From NCBI GenBank assembly GCA_977017645.1, contig OZ360249.1:33852001-33916000 (forward strand): DNA of 64,000 bases, in the 5' to 3' direction. Position 1 is the stretch's first letter. Each line of letters begins with the position of its first letter. The translations under genes were made by a program, and so were the position numbers. Source of the stretch: Torpedo marmorata. Lineage: Eukaryota. Positions 1-13,676 of this stretch are shown here, piece after piece. The notes below the pieces were generated by a model. The model worked only from the letters and a program-made list of their open reading frames with translations, did not search any database and had not been told where the DNA came from.

Positions 1-931
1 TGAAAATCTGACTTGACCTGTGGGCTCAGCCATATATTGGATAAATTAATTGGGCTGTTTAAATTGAACAATGGTACCCATTGACCAAAGCTTTCTTGTG
101 GTCTCTCATTGGACAATTTTTTGCTGAGAGCATCTTTTAATCAAGTCAACCAGCATTTGAACAGCTTAGCTTTCAAAATTATGTTCCTGTGTCTGAGATA
201 TTGTGTCAATCTCAATTCATGATTGATTGCTCTTTAGAACAGAGTTAAGGCTATTTAGCAAGATCTCCTACTTCCCAACTGAGATGGTTGACAGCTGTAC
301 AACATCCAGAAGGTTTGTAAAAAGGCATCTGCTGTACATCAAAATGTTTACATGCACTGTAGACATTGCTGCTAAATATTTACTCCAACAAGCAAGGTGT
401 AGGATAAGAGTATATACTGAGGGAAAGTCTCTGTAATCTGGGCACAAATTTTGCCCAATTTTTTTTTTTGTGAAGTGTAAGTTTTTCTTCTCAAGTTTCC
501 AGTTTTGCATATCACGAATACTAAACTTGCCATGAGCTGCAACAATCAGATAACAGTTTGAAATGAAATTGTTTTTAAAATGTTGTTTATCAGGACAGTT
601 TGGAGCAGTTTGATTAATACTAGTGGAAGATGTATATGATAGAAATGAGGTGCTTTAGTGAGAGTGTCAGTCACCAAATTTTAAATAATTGAAAAATGCT
701 TTTTAAAAAGTCACGCATTTTAGATTTGTGCACAGTGGTCAGCATGAAATTTAGATTGATATTCAAGCAAGTTAAAAATTCAGTTTTTAGAGTACGTTTT
801 AAGTTGCAGAGAAGGCTGGAGAGAGAAAAAAGGATGGTCTGTTCTAGGTTTGAATCAAGAAGAACTAAATTACCTGGGTGGTATGGTGCTGGCTGGGAGA
901 GTGTTGTAAATTCTTTGTTAATCACAGATAA

Positions 932-1768
932 CTTAACTAGATTTGAATGTAAGAATAGATGAAAATCACTGGAAAGAATTATGTAAATTAAGTATGACGA
1001 AGATTATTAATGTTAGATATAGACTAGTACAATATAATTTTTTTCATCAATTATATTTAACACTTAAAAAATTAAAGAAATTTAATCCGACATTATCAGG
1101 TTTATGTTTTAGATGTAATAAAGAGGAAGGTTCCTTTGTACATTCTACATGGTTTTGTCCAAAAGTTTATGATTTTTGGTTGAAAGTTAAAAATTTTTTA
1201 GATAAAGTATTTAAGATTACATTTCCAATGGATCCTATGATATTTTTGTTTGGAGATATTAGAAAGTTTAGCATTAAGAAGAAATTAAATATGTATCAAG
1301 TAGAATTTTTACGAATTGCTTTAGCTGTTTCAAAAAAATGCATTGCTATTACTTGGAAATCTGATTTAGATTTAGGATTAGAAAGATGGCATGCAGAACT
1401 TCGTTCGTGTATACCACTTGAAAAAATTACCTATAATTTACGTAATAAATATCATTTTTTCTTAAAAATTTGGAGCCCATATATGAGAGCTGTGTGTTTA
1501 AGGATTTGATGATCTTTGGATATCAGATCTACTGGCATGCTTGACCTCCACAATAGAATTAGTTTATAGATGGCATTCCCCTTACTCTATCCTTTTCTTT
1601 CTTTCTTTTTTCTATTTTCACTTTTTTTATTTTTTATATTTTTATTAGATTAGTGGGGTTGGGGAGGGAGAGAGGGTGAAAATGTATCACATGTATTTTG
1701 ATAATTTTATATTTTATCTTATGTATTTTGTGATTTTAAAAATTTAAATAAAATATTTTTTTTTTAAA
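932..1768 (+). mobile_element. 5'-truncated L1-clade LINE (ORF2 C-terminus 943-1509, 3'UTR, tail) with 12-bp TSD
   Basis: The ORF has the CCHC/zf-RVT motif CFRC-x8-H-x4-C. The 3'UTR has T-rich then G-rich tracts and AATAAA. Direct repeat AATCACAGATAA at 920-931 and 1769-1780. Confidence 0.92.
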
Positions 1769-1994
1769 AATCACAGATAATTTGTCTGGATGAGATTAAG
1801 GTGAATGAAAACTGAGGCAAAAACAATAAAGACTGATATAAGCCTACTCCACAACAATCTAATTCTTCCCGACCTCACACCAATAGCCCTCTATTTTTCT
1901 TACATCCATGTGCCTATCTAAGTCTTTTAAATGTTCTTACAGTACCACCCTCCACCACCAACCCCAGCAATACATTCCAAGCATTGATACTGGA

Positions 1995-2420
1995 AATGTG
2001 CCGGCTGTGTCCAGGAAAGAGGAAGCCTTAGTGGAGGAGAAATTCAGAGATGTTGTGGACGTAAACAGAAAAGGATTGGATATGAGAAGAAAGATAGAGT
2101 CAAAGTAGGAAGAAACAAATTTTGGGTGACAAGATCAGGCTGAATAAATGGATCTATCTGGACAGTCTTGCTTGAAAGTTTTGAGGAGGAGATAGAAGTG
2201 AGCTAGACAGGATTGGGTGTCTAAGAGGATGGATACTTTGAAAATGTCATACAGTGACTATCTGGATGACAATGGCAGCATGTTCATTGTCCAGGGGGAG
2301 GTATGAGGAGGTGTCAAACAGTTGTCTTTCAGCTCACACAAGGTAGAGGTAGGTTCACTGAAAAACTACAGCATTGCCTTATGAGCAGGATTGTTAATAA
2401 TGTTGGTAAAAAGTGCTGCA
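1995..2420 (-). mobile_element. Old degenerate Penelope-like RT fragment
   Basis: Aligns by eye to the minus-strand PLE RT at about 33780-33930 (e.g. gatagagtcaaagtagga vs gatggagtcaaggtaaga). No ORF remains. Confidence 0.6.
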
Positions 2421-2427
2421 AGTTATT

Positions 2428-2654
2428 TTTTAGAGATACAGCATGATAACAGGCCCTTCTGGCCTTTGCACCTGTGCCACCCAAATACTCCAAATTAACC
2501 TACAAACCCCGTACATTTTTGGAGGGTGGAAGGAAACTGGAGCACCCAGAGGAAAAACACGCAGACACAGGGAAAACAGACTGCACCATATTTGAACACA
2601 GGTCACTGGAGCTGTAATAGCGTTGCACTAACCGCTTCGCTAACCGTGCCACCC
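2428..2654 (-). mobile_element. tRNA-derived V-SINE (HE1-like)
   Basis: Reverse complement gives the tRNA-like head (ggcacggttagcg), the V-domain core gtgtctgcgtg...gggtgctccagtttccttcca and a CR1-like tail. Confidence 0.85.
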
Positions 2655-3153
2655 TAGTGGGTTTGACCAAATAACGACATTTAACAATGAGTACGTTTAG
2701 AGAGGGTAAGAATCCAGAAGGGTCGGGAACTTTGAAGAATGGAGAATGGCTCCACAATCCAAGAAGAATTAAGCACTTAATGACATCATTAGGTGGATGA
2801 TTGATGCCACACCATGATGTACTATAAAATGGACCAATTTCCCAGTGGATGCGATTTCACCTGGAAATGATCACCAGCACTAACTCGAGTAAATTGCTTC
2901 TGAGCATGATTTCTGCAAGAAAACAGTAATCATGGATCTATTTTCCAGGGTTAGAACCTGCCTTTTTTGTTATGGGTGGGCATCATTAGCAAAGCCAACA
3001 CTTGTAATGCATCCCAAAATACCCTCAGGAGGGAAATGATCCCCACTATCTTGAATTCCTGTGCAGTTTAATTTGAAGCAAAATCAGGAAAACTGACAAG
3101 AACAACAGGTTTTTTTTCCCCTATATTAATGAACTAGATAACAAATGCATAGT

Positions 3154-3457
3154 AGTAAAATATGAAAGACTGCAGATACTGTAATTGAAGTAAAAACACA
3201 ATGCTGGAGAAACTCAGCATGTCAAACAGCGTACTTTATATAGCAAAGATAAAGATACATAACCAACATTTCCATCTTGAAACTTTCATCAAGATATGAG
3301 CAAAATGTGAGCAGGCGCCCGAACAAAATAGTGGGGGAGGGAGGGGCAGGGGGAGGAGCACAGTCCCACAAGCAGGAGGTAATAGGTGGGTAAGGGATGG
3401 AGAGCACACCAGCAAACAAAGGGAGGGGGGCGTGGCTCTGTGAATGGAGAGGGAAGG
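3154..3457 (-). mobile_element. Penelope-like pLTR fragment with degenerate hammerhead; 9-bp TSD
   Basis: Same module as 14100-14290. ATGCATAGT is repeated at 3145-3153 and 3458-3466. Confidence 0.85.
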
Positions 3458-3939
3458 ATGCATAGTGTTATGGTCGCCATTAGCAACACCATTCCAATAT
3501 ATTTAATTGAGTTGAAATTCCCAAAATTATGGTGAGATTTGAAAATAATGTGCTTGAGTATAAATGAAGACCTTTGGATTATGAATCCAATCAGTACATT
3601 GTACTTACATCTCTGACAATAAACTCATGTTGACATGGACATAGCGAATGTGCTACTGCGTCCCTAACTTGGAGAGATATGCTAGAAGAGCAGAGTTCAC
3701 AATGACATAGTGAACCAAAGAAGATAGGAGAGGCAGAGTGAGGCCACCAAGTGATTTCCTGATGGGAAGGAGCAAGGATTAAGGACCGGAAGTTAAACTG
3801 TTCTGGTAATTGACCATCAGAAAGCTCGCATGGTATTTTTATTGTTCTGATGCTTGAGTTTTTCTTCAATTGCTGAGGGGTATATGGAGTTCGGGTGGCT
3901 CAGTATTTGTTTGTATTTGGATAATGAGGAAGAGGCTTA

Positions 3940-4720
3940 AAAAGGAAAGAAAAGCATGTTTACAGTTCCTTCAGCTGGGCACATCTACGAGCAAGTGTCC
4001 AAGAGACATGGAATTCACAAACTGAGGAGATCTTGACAGAGAGGTGTTCCCTGCTTCAGTCTGACCTGCCAATGAACTCTACTTCAGGCACAGGGCTGAC
4101 ATTCACTGTTAAGATCACAACAACTATGATTTCTTGTGCCTTAGGCTCATTCCTAGCTACCACAGAGAACATTATCAACATCAGTCAATCTTCAGTGCAC
4201 AGATATATCACACAGATCGCTGCTGACTTATACACCAAGGAAAACATCTCCGTTACCTCATCTATCTAAAATGAATGGCAGAATGAGAAGACAAAGCAAT
4301 TTTTCTGATCTCAGAATTTCTTAGTGACCAGGTTTTAATTTCTGTCATCGTTTTTACAGTCAAGGCCTTCATAAGCGGTAGGAGATTTATTCTGCTCATG
4401 GACAAGTGATCTGTAATACTGGATCAATCAGTATGATTGCTTCCTGGATATTAATATCATTCAAGCATTTTAAGCCAATTCTTTCTCGGAAGAGAAGGTA
4501 GACTGAAGAGGTATAAATGGATGGCAAAGGATGACCTCTTCAATACCAGCTCACAATGCAACAGCCCATAACACAATGTAGTCACCAGCAGAATTACTGA
4601 GAATATTTCGAGTATTATGAAGCAGTGTTTCAGGTGTTTGGACATCAAGGAACATTACAGTATACACAGTTGATGAATGATTCACATCTCTGCCACTCAT
4701 CGTGGACTATCTATGGAAGA
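3940..4720 (+). pseudogene. Decayed PIF/Harbinger (HARBI1-like) transposase
   Basis: Peptide remnants ALGSF...ISQSSVHRYITQIAADL (ORF 4033-4269) and MKQCFRCLD near 4620-4645 resemble Harbinger DDE transposases. Multiple stops and frameshifts. Confidence 0.7.
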
Positions 4721-4894
4721 AGAAATTGAAGTTCGCGCCCAGAAGATCATGAAAGACCCCAAAAAATACTGCGTTGTTGTGGAAATGATCATGAGTTAGG
4801 CTCATCGTAGCTGAGACCACTGCCTGTGAGGCTGGTCAGTTCAGCATATTAACAGTCCCATCCCAAGAGTATAGAACCTTGTTGAAAACCATTT

Positions 4895-5215
4895 GGAGAA
4901 CTGTATGGAACTTTGGTTTCTATTCATGTGCATGTTCTCACCATGGAAATAATGCAAGGAAAGTTTATTAGACTGATCATTGAGATGGCAGGATTGATGC
5001 ATGTGGGTAGATTGGGTTGATCAGGCTTTATTTGTTGGAGTTTCGAAGAATGAGCTAGAATCTCATAGAGACTGACAAATGCAGGCCGACTAGATTCAAG
5101 GAGAATGTTCTCAATGGCTGAGGATTTCAGAACCAGGGTCACAATGCAGTGTGCCACTTAGAATGAATACCAGAAGAAATTTCTTCATCCAGAGCACGGT
5201 GAACCTATGGAACAC
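4895..5215 (+). mobile_element. Degenerate CR1 LINE 3' fragment
   Basis: Resembles the CR1 ORF2 end also seen at 6670-7040 (agggtcaca..., ttcttcatccagag...gtgaacctatggaa). Followed by a SINE remnant to about 5335. Confidence 0.65.
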
Positions 5216-6204
5216 CCAGGGGAAACCCACACAATCAAAGGGAGAACATGCAAGCTTCACATGGACACTACCCATGGTCAGGTCTGAACACATAACGCTG
5301 GAGATATGAGGAGCAGCTCTTCTAGTGATACCACCCTTGACAACCCCCCCAAGACATGGCTGAAACCTACCAACCTAATGTGGACCATTGGTTTAAGTTA
5401 TACAGCTGGGTAACAGTCCAATGCAGCATTTACCAGCAAAGTCATCTGCAAAAGAGAAATCCTTGTATTTTACAACCTTGTGCTATGCTTTAAATTCTAG
5501 AATCACAAAGTCACTTCAAAGAGAAAGATTACAAAAATCAGATCAGATTTAATCTAATAATTTGCAGAATGTGCGAATCTAATAATTTGTGGAATGTGAG
5601 ATCCATCAATAAAGGAAGTGAAGTAGAAGTAAATTAATTGGATGACAGCCTGTAAAAGGTAATGATTACATTCTGGCACATCTCCTCAGTAGAACTATGA
5701 TGAAATCACACTGGTTATTTATCAGGTAATAAATGCAATCTTCTGAGAATGGTGATTCCTTTTTAGATGGATAAATGATTAAAATCAGAGAATATGAAGT
5801 ATTTCAAAGTATGACAAACCCTGGGAGAATTTTTGCACAGTTGAAAATAAGTATGCTGTACTTTTTGCCCCATCAGAGTACAGTAACAAATGTCTTCAAA
5901 GGAGGCAAGCAACAGCATGGCAATGATTCTGACTAGATCAGCTGTCTCTTTTGTGTTGAATTTGGAACCAATATAGAACTCACCCAGTTAAAAGGAACGT
6001 ACTGGCATCCTTGACATTCTGGATTGGTGTTGAATTCCCATGAACCACGGGATCATGAAGACCCCTTGCAAAGTTCAAATGCCCCTTCCAAAATCATTAA
6101 TTGTTGTTTATAGCAAAACAGTTTGATAAGCAGATTAATGGGAGAGAAATTATCTCCGAGGTCAATGGAATCACATATGTGGAAATGTGTGCAATTTTTA
6201 AAAA

Positions 6205-6433
6205 AGATTTAAACATACAGCACTGTAACAGGCTAATTCAGCCCTATAAGTCTGTGCTGCCCAATTTACACCCCATTAACCTACACCACGGTACATTTTT
6301 GAAGGGTGGGAGGAAGCCGTAGACCCCGGGGAAAACCCACGCAGACACGGGGAGAACATACAAACTCCTATCAGACAGCGCGGGATTCGAACCCATGTCC
6401 GGTCCCGATCGCTGGCGCTGTAAAGGCGTTGCA
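6205..6433 (-). mobile_element. V-SINE (HE1-like), 5'-clipped
   Basis: Near-identical in reverse to the copy at 15371-15625. Confidence 0.88.
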
Positions 6434-6669
6434 TGATTAAAGAGGGATACATCTCCCTGGAAACGAATGTGGCATCCACATTGTTTATGACATACAAAAT
6501 CAATGTCTGTAGAATTATAGAATCATAGAAATTTGCAACACAGAAGGAAATATGGCCCATCGTTTTCTTGCTAGGTTAAAGTGGACTTTGTTGATTGCAC
6601 TTCCTTGCACTTGACCCACAGCCTGCCTATTATGGCTTTTCACATACCACAAATATCCTTCCAATATGA

Positions 6670-7040
6670 TCACAAGATCAAAAGATATATGAGCAGATGT
6701 AGACCTATTGGCCTATCGAGTCTGCTCCGCCATTCTATCATGAGCTGATCCATCCTCCCACTCAGCCCCACTCCTTGGCCTTCTTCCTATAACCCTTGAT
6801 GCCCTGACTAATTAAATACCTGTCAATCTCTGCCTTAAATACACCCAATGACCTCGCTTCCACAGCCGCCTGTGGCAACAAGTTCCACAGACTCCCAGCC
6901 CTCTGGATAAATATTTTTTTCTGCTTCTCAGTTTTAAATTGACACTCTTTCATCCTGAAGTTGTGCCCTCTTATCCTAGACTCCCCTACCATGGGATACA
7001 ACCTTGCCACATCTACTCTGTCCATGCCTTTCAACATTCA
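6670..7040 (-). mobile_element. CR1 (HER1-like) LINE 3' end
   Basis: ORF 6762-7037 reads SRIRGHNFRM...FIQRAGSLWNLLPQAAVEARSLGVFKAEIDRYL, a typical CR1 ORF2 C-terminus, followed by a CR1 3' hairpin and tail. Confidence 0.88.
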
Positions 7041-7764
7041 ATGTGAAGATCATATTACACTCATCCCATACTGTCCTGTGTACTCTGAGAAATATAATCT
7101 TTGCACCGCCAGACAATGGGCCAGAGCTCAGTGTCAGGAAAAGTCCACTTGATTTGGTCCATAGAGATTTAGAACACAATAAGAAACATCATGTTCATTC
7201 TGGGTGAAAAATATCAATTTAAGCTCTAAATATAATTTTTTGCTCCTTTGACTAACACAAACAAGTTTTTCCTATTCGCTTTACCCAGGCTTCTCATAAT
7301 GATCTACATCCCAATCATATCTTCCTTTGGTTTCGTTTGTTCCAAAGACAAACAAATCTAGACAAGGCACCTGGCCCTTGTTGAGAAACAGTATTGCAAT
7401 TAGATTGCCTTCTCTCTTGAAAATGATGATAATTGTAGCAGCTCTGAGGTCTCCTGGTGCGTTCTCTTCTTCTCAGACATGGGACCCCCATGAGGTTGTA
7501 AATTTGTGTCTAAAATTACACCTCACCAAGTTTTAAAACTTCAGGTGGGACTTCATCTGCTCTTGAGATCTTATTAATTTCAGTTGCTATATTCCCTTTT
7601 CAATTTCTTGGTGGTGAGATTGTAATAGACAACTTGCTGTGGGATGGAGTCAAGGAGACTTAAGTCAAGTACCTGACCAGGTGTATTCCAGAATTACATT
7701 GCTAGTGCCCAGCAGAAAACTTTTAATTTTGTTAGCCACATGTGAGGTAAAGTCACAACAATAG

Positions 7765-8390
7765 TTATTCTCCAGAAGAATGGAGGATAGCAAATGTTGT
7801 ACCTTTATTTAAGAAGAGCAAGCAACGACAGGCTGGGGAACCTTACATCAGTGGAGGGAATGTTGTTCGAAGGGATTCAGAGAGACAGAAATTATGTCTC
7901 ATGAATTTGAGATTTTTGAAGAGGTGACTAAGAGGATTGACAAGGATAGGATGGTAGATGTCTACAAAGACTTTCACAAGGTTCCTCATGGTAAGCTTGT
8001 CTTAAAGTTGTAACACATGGGATCCAGGGTGAACCAGCCATTTGGATGCAAACTTGGCAATAGGTGGTAGTGGAGGTTTTTTTTTTCTGATTAGAGGTCT
8101 GTGACCAAAGGTGCGGCACAGGGATTGGTGCTGGGTCTTTTGTTGTTGTCATATATATTAATAATTTGGATGATAATGTGGGCAGAATGATTGCAAGTTT
8201 GCAGATGACACCAAAATTGGTGATCTTGTGGAGAGTGAGGAAGGTTGTCAAAGGCTGCAACAGAATATTAAATCAAATGGGAAAATAAGGGAATGATTAA
8301 TGGAATTTAACTCTGACATGTGTGAAGTAATGTATTTTAGGAAGTTAAACCAGGACAGGACATACACAATTGATGACTATCCTGGGGATA
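7765..8390 (+). mobile_element. Degenerate CR1 RT fragment
   Basis: Coding remnants gactttcacaaggttcctcatgg (DKVPH-like) and aagtttgcagatgacaccaaaattgg (KFADDTKIG). Confidence 0.8.
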
Positions 8391-9009
8391 GTTGATGAGA
8401 TTGCATGAGGTCGTGTGCTTGTCTCTCGAGCAAAACAAACTGTTTTCTTTGAGAAAACCATAGTCCAAGCAATTTGGTCAGGTGGATGACTCTTTTTGAG
8501 TTAGCCTTCTCTCCTTTCCTTGCCCATCATTCCATTCCAGACGAATGCATCTTCTCCAAACCTTCGGGCAGTTTTTCTGTGGGACAATGACACTGCTGCC
8601 GTTTCCAGAGCTTGGTGCAGTGGCAAACTGCAGTACTGAGGTGGGAAAGAGAAACACTGTTGGATACATCTGGGTGTGCCTGACATTCCAATCCACTTCT
8701 TGTGTGACCTATGAGTCCATTGGTGGTTGTGGACTTAATGAGCACAGGAGCCAGATCTGACCACCAACTTTATACCAACCATGGCTGTGATCCCATTCTC
8801 ATGAGTGGGGTCACTGACCTTCAGTAACAGGTACATTAGATTAAATTTGTAGTTATTCCCCTCAATATATATTTTAATTTGTTTAATTTTTTTCATGTTG
8901 TAATTGTTATTTTTATTTTGAATGTTAATTTTTTTTAATTACATTGGTTTATGCAGTTTTAAATGGATGTTAGTGACACTATGAATGGGTTTTGATAATG
9001 TTGAGCTCT

Positions 9010-10000
9010 CGGCCAGCATGGTTAGCATAGCAATTAGCATAGCGCTGTTACAGTGCCAGTGACCTGGGTTCGAATCCGGTGTTGTCTGTATGTAGTTTGT
9101 ACATTCTCACCATGTCTGCATGGGTTTCCTCTGGGTGCTCCTGTTTCAGATTTCAGATTTCAGATTTATTGTCAGAGTACATACTTGACATCACATACAA
9201 CCCTGAGATTCCTTTATCCTGCGGGCGTGGCAGAATTACCACTAATTGCTAGTGCAAAAAATAAACTGTACACAGTGTAAAATGTGTAAGCAATCAAAGA
9301 ACTGTAAACAGATAATGAATGTAAATAAACTGACTGTGCAATACAGAGAGAACAAAAAGAAAATCAATAAAGTGCACAAGTAAGAGTCCTTAAATGAGTC
9401 TCTGAGTGAGTTTGTCGTTGAGGTGTCTGATGGTGGAGGGGTAGCAGCTGTTCCTGAACCTGGTGGTGCGAGTCTTGTGGCACCTATACCTCTTTCCTGA
9501 CGGCAGCAGCGAGAACAGAGCGTGAGCTGGGTGGTGTGGATCCTTGATGATTGTGCTGCTCTCTGACGGCAGCGTTCCCTGTAGATGTACTCAATAGTGG
9601 GAGGGTTTTACCTGTGATGTCCTGGGCTGTGTCCACTACCTTTTGGAGGGCTTTACGCTCAGGGGTATTGGTGTTCCCATACCAGACCATGATGCAGCCG
9701 GTCAGCACACTTTCTACCACACATCTGTAGAAATTTGCCAGGGTTTCTGATGTCAAACCAAACCTCCGCAAACTCCTGAGGAAGTAGAGGCGCTGACGTG
9801 CTTTCTTCACGATGCATTGGTGTGTTGGGTCCAGGAAAGATCCTCCGAGGTAGTGAGTTCCAAGAACTTAAATTTGCTCACCTTTCTTCGCACCCTTCAA
9901 AACGTACAGGGGTTGTAGGTCAAATGGGTGTAATTGGGCGGCACGGGCTCGTGGGCCGGAAGGGCCTGTTACTGTGCTATATGTTTAAATTTAAAATTTA
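9010..10000 (+). mobile_element. V-SINE split by a Rex1-like LINE insertion
   Basis: The SINE head and core at 9010-9148 resume at about 9882 (tttcttcgcacccttcaaaacgtacagg) and run to an A/T tail. Confidence 0.85.
9145..9881 (-). mobile_element. Rex1/Babar-like LINE 3' fragment (family B, TCTGAAA-repeat tail)
   Basis: ORF 9484-9810 reads KKARQRLYFLRSLRRFG...FYRCVVESVLTGCIMVWYG. Short tandem tail (tttcaga)n at 9144-9165. Confidence 0.88.
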
Positions 10001-10549
10001 AAATAAAAAAAACGTAAATTGAATTTAATTTTTAAAAATGTTTAAAAATGTAGGCGATCTGGCTGGTCCTGAGGGCAAGATCTCAGCTTTTGACCATGTG
10101 GGCTGCTCTGCCTTAAATAAGTTCTGTAGATCAGCAGCATCTCATGTGGATCACCATGGAAGCAACAGTAGATGGATGAAGCTGAGCTACCAGCATAGGG
10201 GGCAAAGATTTCTTGTTAAGCATGATCCAGTCCATTGTCACTAAAAAATTGAGGCTCTGTATCTCTTGGTTCAAACCATTTAGAAATACAATTCAAAGGT
10301 TATATTCTGTTGTTGGGTATGTGGGAGTGGTGAAGATGGCTGTACACCACCAGACACATCAGAATCAGAATCAGAATTTATTGTCATGAACAAGTCATGA
10401 AATTCCACTGATTTGAGTAATTGCACCATGTCTCTTAACTCGCTCTCTCATTACTTTTGTAACCAATACTCTGCAACATCAAAGGATTGTTTTTAATACA
10501 ATGCACTCTCAAAGAGCTCCACTCCTGGCTTGGCCAACTTTCATACTTC

Positions 10550-10700
10550 AACACATAGATGATGTGGCCAATTATTTGCTTGTAGTTTGTGGGAGCTTAC
10601 TTTGCATAAGCTGAGTGCCAACATTCCATTATTAGATCAGTGCCTAGACGTCAGAAGTATTCAATTGGCTAAGATATATTTTGGTGCCATCTACAAATTT
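10550..10700 (+). mobile_element. Deu-domain SINE 3' remnant (SacSINE1/AmnSINE1-like)
   Basis: gtttgtgggagcttactttgcataagctgagtgcc...agtattcaattggct resembles the Deu-SINE 3' region. Heavily diverged. Confidence 0.5.
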
Positions 10701-12349
10701 GATAGGTTAAATAAAAGAATAAGATTTACCTTTTATAAAAAGGCATTGTTTTTTTTGTGTGTGTCGAAACTGTTGGTGTTAGCATACTGCTTTATGACGG
10801 GAGGGGATAGATGAGGTTCTGCTTAATTTACACTTCTTAATTTGCAACAGCAGGTCACTGAACTGTGAGCAAAGCAGGAACTCAGCTGATGTCCCTGGGC
10901 GGGAATGTTCTGACCTGTTTTAACACTCAGACTGCTGCTCTATCAGATCAAATACTATGCATAGGACAGAAAGCTGATTTGGGAACTTTGTCCTATAATA
11001 GTTTTGGGGAAAAGCCAATACAATATTTTCTGTGTCTTTTAAAAAAAATTATGACAATAAACACACAGAGATTGTTCTGCAATTGAGATATATGCTGTTC
11101 TGTGTAAAGATCTATGGAGAGATGAGGATATCATCTTTCAGTAAGCTGTAGCTTGCATTAGTGATGACATAGAGAGCATCGAAGCAGGCCCTTCAACTCA
11201 GAAGCCCATGCAGAATATCAAGCACCATGTTTACACTAATCCTACCCCTAATACATTTTATTATTTTCATATTCCCATCAACTCCAGCCTCCTCCATCCA
11301 GATTCCTCCACTCTCCAACACGAGGGTCAATTTACAGTGGCCAATTCACCTACCACTCGTAAATCAGTCCAGCCCATATTTTTGGAAGTTGTATGAATCA
11401 GAGAAGAACGTTGCCAAGATCACGATTGATTAAATAAACAGGCAAAACTTCAATAGGTGGAATTTGAGGTGGGAAAATAGGTGATCATTTATTCTGGAAG
11501 TGAAGGAGATCAATAACTTCCCAAATGGTGAGTAATTGTGGAGGAACTTCGAGATCCAAGGACCCAAATCATTAAAACCTCGTGGTCAGGTTCAAACAAT
11601 TACGAAAAATAATGGCTTCCATCACAAATGTGAAAAGCTCTGGCTTGAAAGAAAACAATTTGAAAAGAACTACAGAATTAATTCCTTTCCAGACAACTGG
11701 AAGCCCACAGTTTGATACGGATGTGCATGCGGTGTATCAGCTGGTGATGCAGTGGAGTAAATAGGCAGATTGAGATAACATGACATTTCACATATCTAAC
11801 AAAATGACACTAGGCATGTAGAGTGGAACATTTTTCTTAAGCAATGGGCAATCTGAATTGAATCCAAATGTTTAAAATTAACTTCATTTGTCCAATACAG
11901 ATTAATTTGCATTTTAAATTGAGAATTTATCCTTTTCATTGATTTTCTCATACTTTAATTCATTCAGATCTGCTTGCAACATTACCATATCCTTCAGCTT
12001 TTTCACATCTTTATTTTACCTCCTGTATAGTACATCTGTTGTTTGTTTTCACTGATTTCCTTTGTAGTTCATTTTCAGTTCCCTGACTACATTTTCCGTT
12101 GTTGTTATTGCACGACTGAATATTATAAATTTGGCAGTCAAACAGAATGATGATAGGAGGCCACAGCAATTCTTTTTGATTAATTTATTCACTTCGTCGC
12201 TGGAAAGATGCTATTACCCATGTGTTAGGTTTGCAAATGCATGTTTAAAAGAATTATTAGAGGCAAAGGTGTATTTACTGTTCATTAATGTCAATTCAGG
12301 TTGGATCAAGCAATCAATGTTTAAGACAGCAATCTTCAAATATCACAGG

Positions 12350-12980
12350 GTCATAGAATCCTAGAATCATGGAGCAATGAGGCAGGCCCTTCAGTCCACT
12401 GAGTTCATGCTATCTGCAAGCACCCATCCATGCTCTGATAGCACATAAGGACTGCTTACTATTGTAAGTCACTTTTTGTGCACTAGAATTACCGTGAATA
12501 TTTATTATAATATCTATCTTATGTAATTATTGTCTCTTTTAATTCAATTAAGTTCACTATTAGAGTTTTTTTTACAAGTACCTTGCATTTTTCCTCTCTG
12601 TATTGCAGTCAGTTTGTTTACATTTCTTTATTTGTTTACATGTGTAAGTAGTAATTCTGCTTTGCCAGCAGGATGTGATGTCATGTATGAACTCTGACAA
12701 TAAATCTGAATAAATCCGAATCATATGTACATTGTACATTTTATATGACAATAAACTCGTTGTAATTTGCTTAACCTGCACTGATCCCATTTTATTCTAT
12801 CCACGTTGCCATCAGCTCCCACCAGATTCTACCACTCCCCTACACATGAGGGTCAATTTACAATGGCCAATTAACTTTTCAACTCGTATGTCTTTGGGAT
12901 GTGGGAGTTCCCAGAAGAAACCCATGTGGGAACAGGGAGAACATGCAAAATTCCACACAGTTGTAATAACAGTGCCTCCC
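12350..12980. mobile_element. Nested cluster: minus-strand V-SINE interrupted by two + strand Rex1-like 3' tails
   Basis: SINE pieces at 12350-12435 and 12780-12980. LINE tails end in gacaataaatctgaa (about 12710) and gacaataaact (about 12757). Confidence 0.6.
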
Positions 12981-13676
12981 CTATTGTGCTTGAATCTTTA
13001 TTTGTGGAAAACGATCTTGCTCAGAAAGGATACTGAGGGGTGGAGATAAATGAAATAATGATAATTCTAAAGTCCTCAAGCTTCATTCTAAGTTAACAGT
13101 TATTTTAATATGAGGAAAGGAAGATCGTGCTCTCCTCACGCTTTTCCTTCATATTTATCTTTATATTCTCTGGTGTCGGGATGGTACAGATGAAACTTCA
13201 GAGCCTAGATTCTTTCTTCACTTAGTGGGAACATATGAAAGGGCAGTTGAAGTGGCGCTGTGGAAAGAAAGTCAGGATAAAAGCAGGAATTGCCAAAACA
13301 TTTGACATATCAGGTGGCATCTGTGGAGACAGAAACAGAGGTAATGTTTGGGTTGGTGACCTTTCATCAAAAGTGGAAGGAACTAGAAAGTTGCTCTGTG
13401 TGCTGTTCCTGATTTTTTATATTCTGCTTTAGATTATTGCTGTGTCCAAGTTTTTGAATCTAATGAATTATTTGCATCTGTATTCATCCCATGATTTTTT
13501 TCCATATTTAAACATTCGTTAAAAAATCAAAGCTTTTACATAGGGTTGCATGTGGCTCCTGAGGCCGATTCCATAAGAACATAAGAAAGTAGGAACAGGA
13601 GTAGGCCAACCGGCCCATCGAGCCTGCTCCGCCATTCAATAAGATCATGGCTGATCTGATCAATCACCTAACTCCA

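Noticed and set aside
5551-5600. 25-bp tandem duplication
   Set aside because: An ordinary two-copy slippage product with no further structure.
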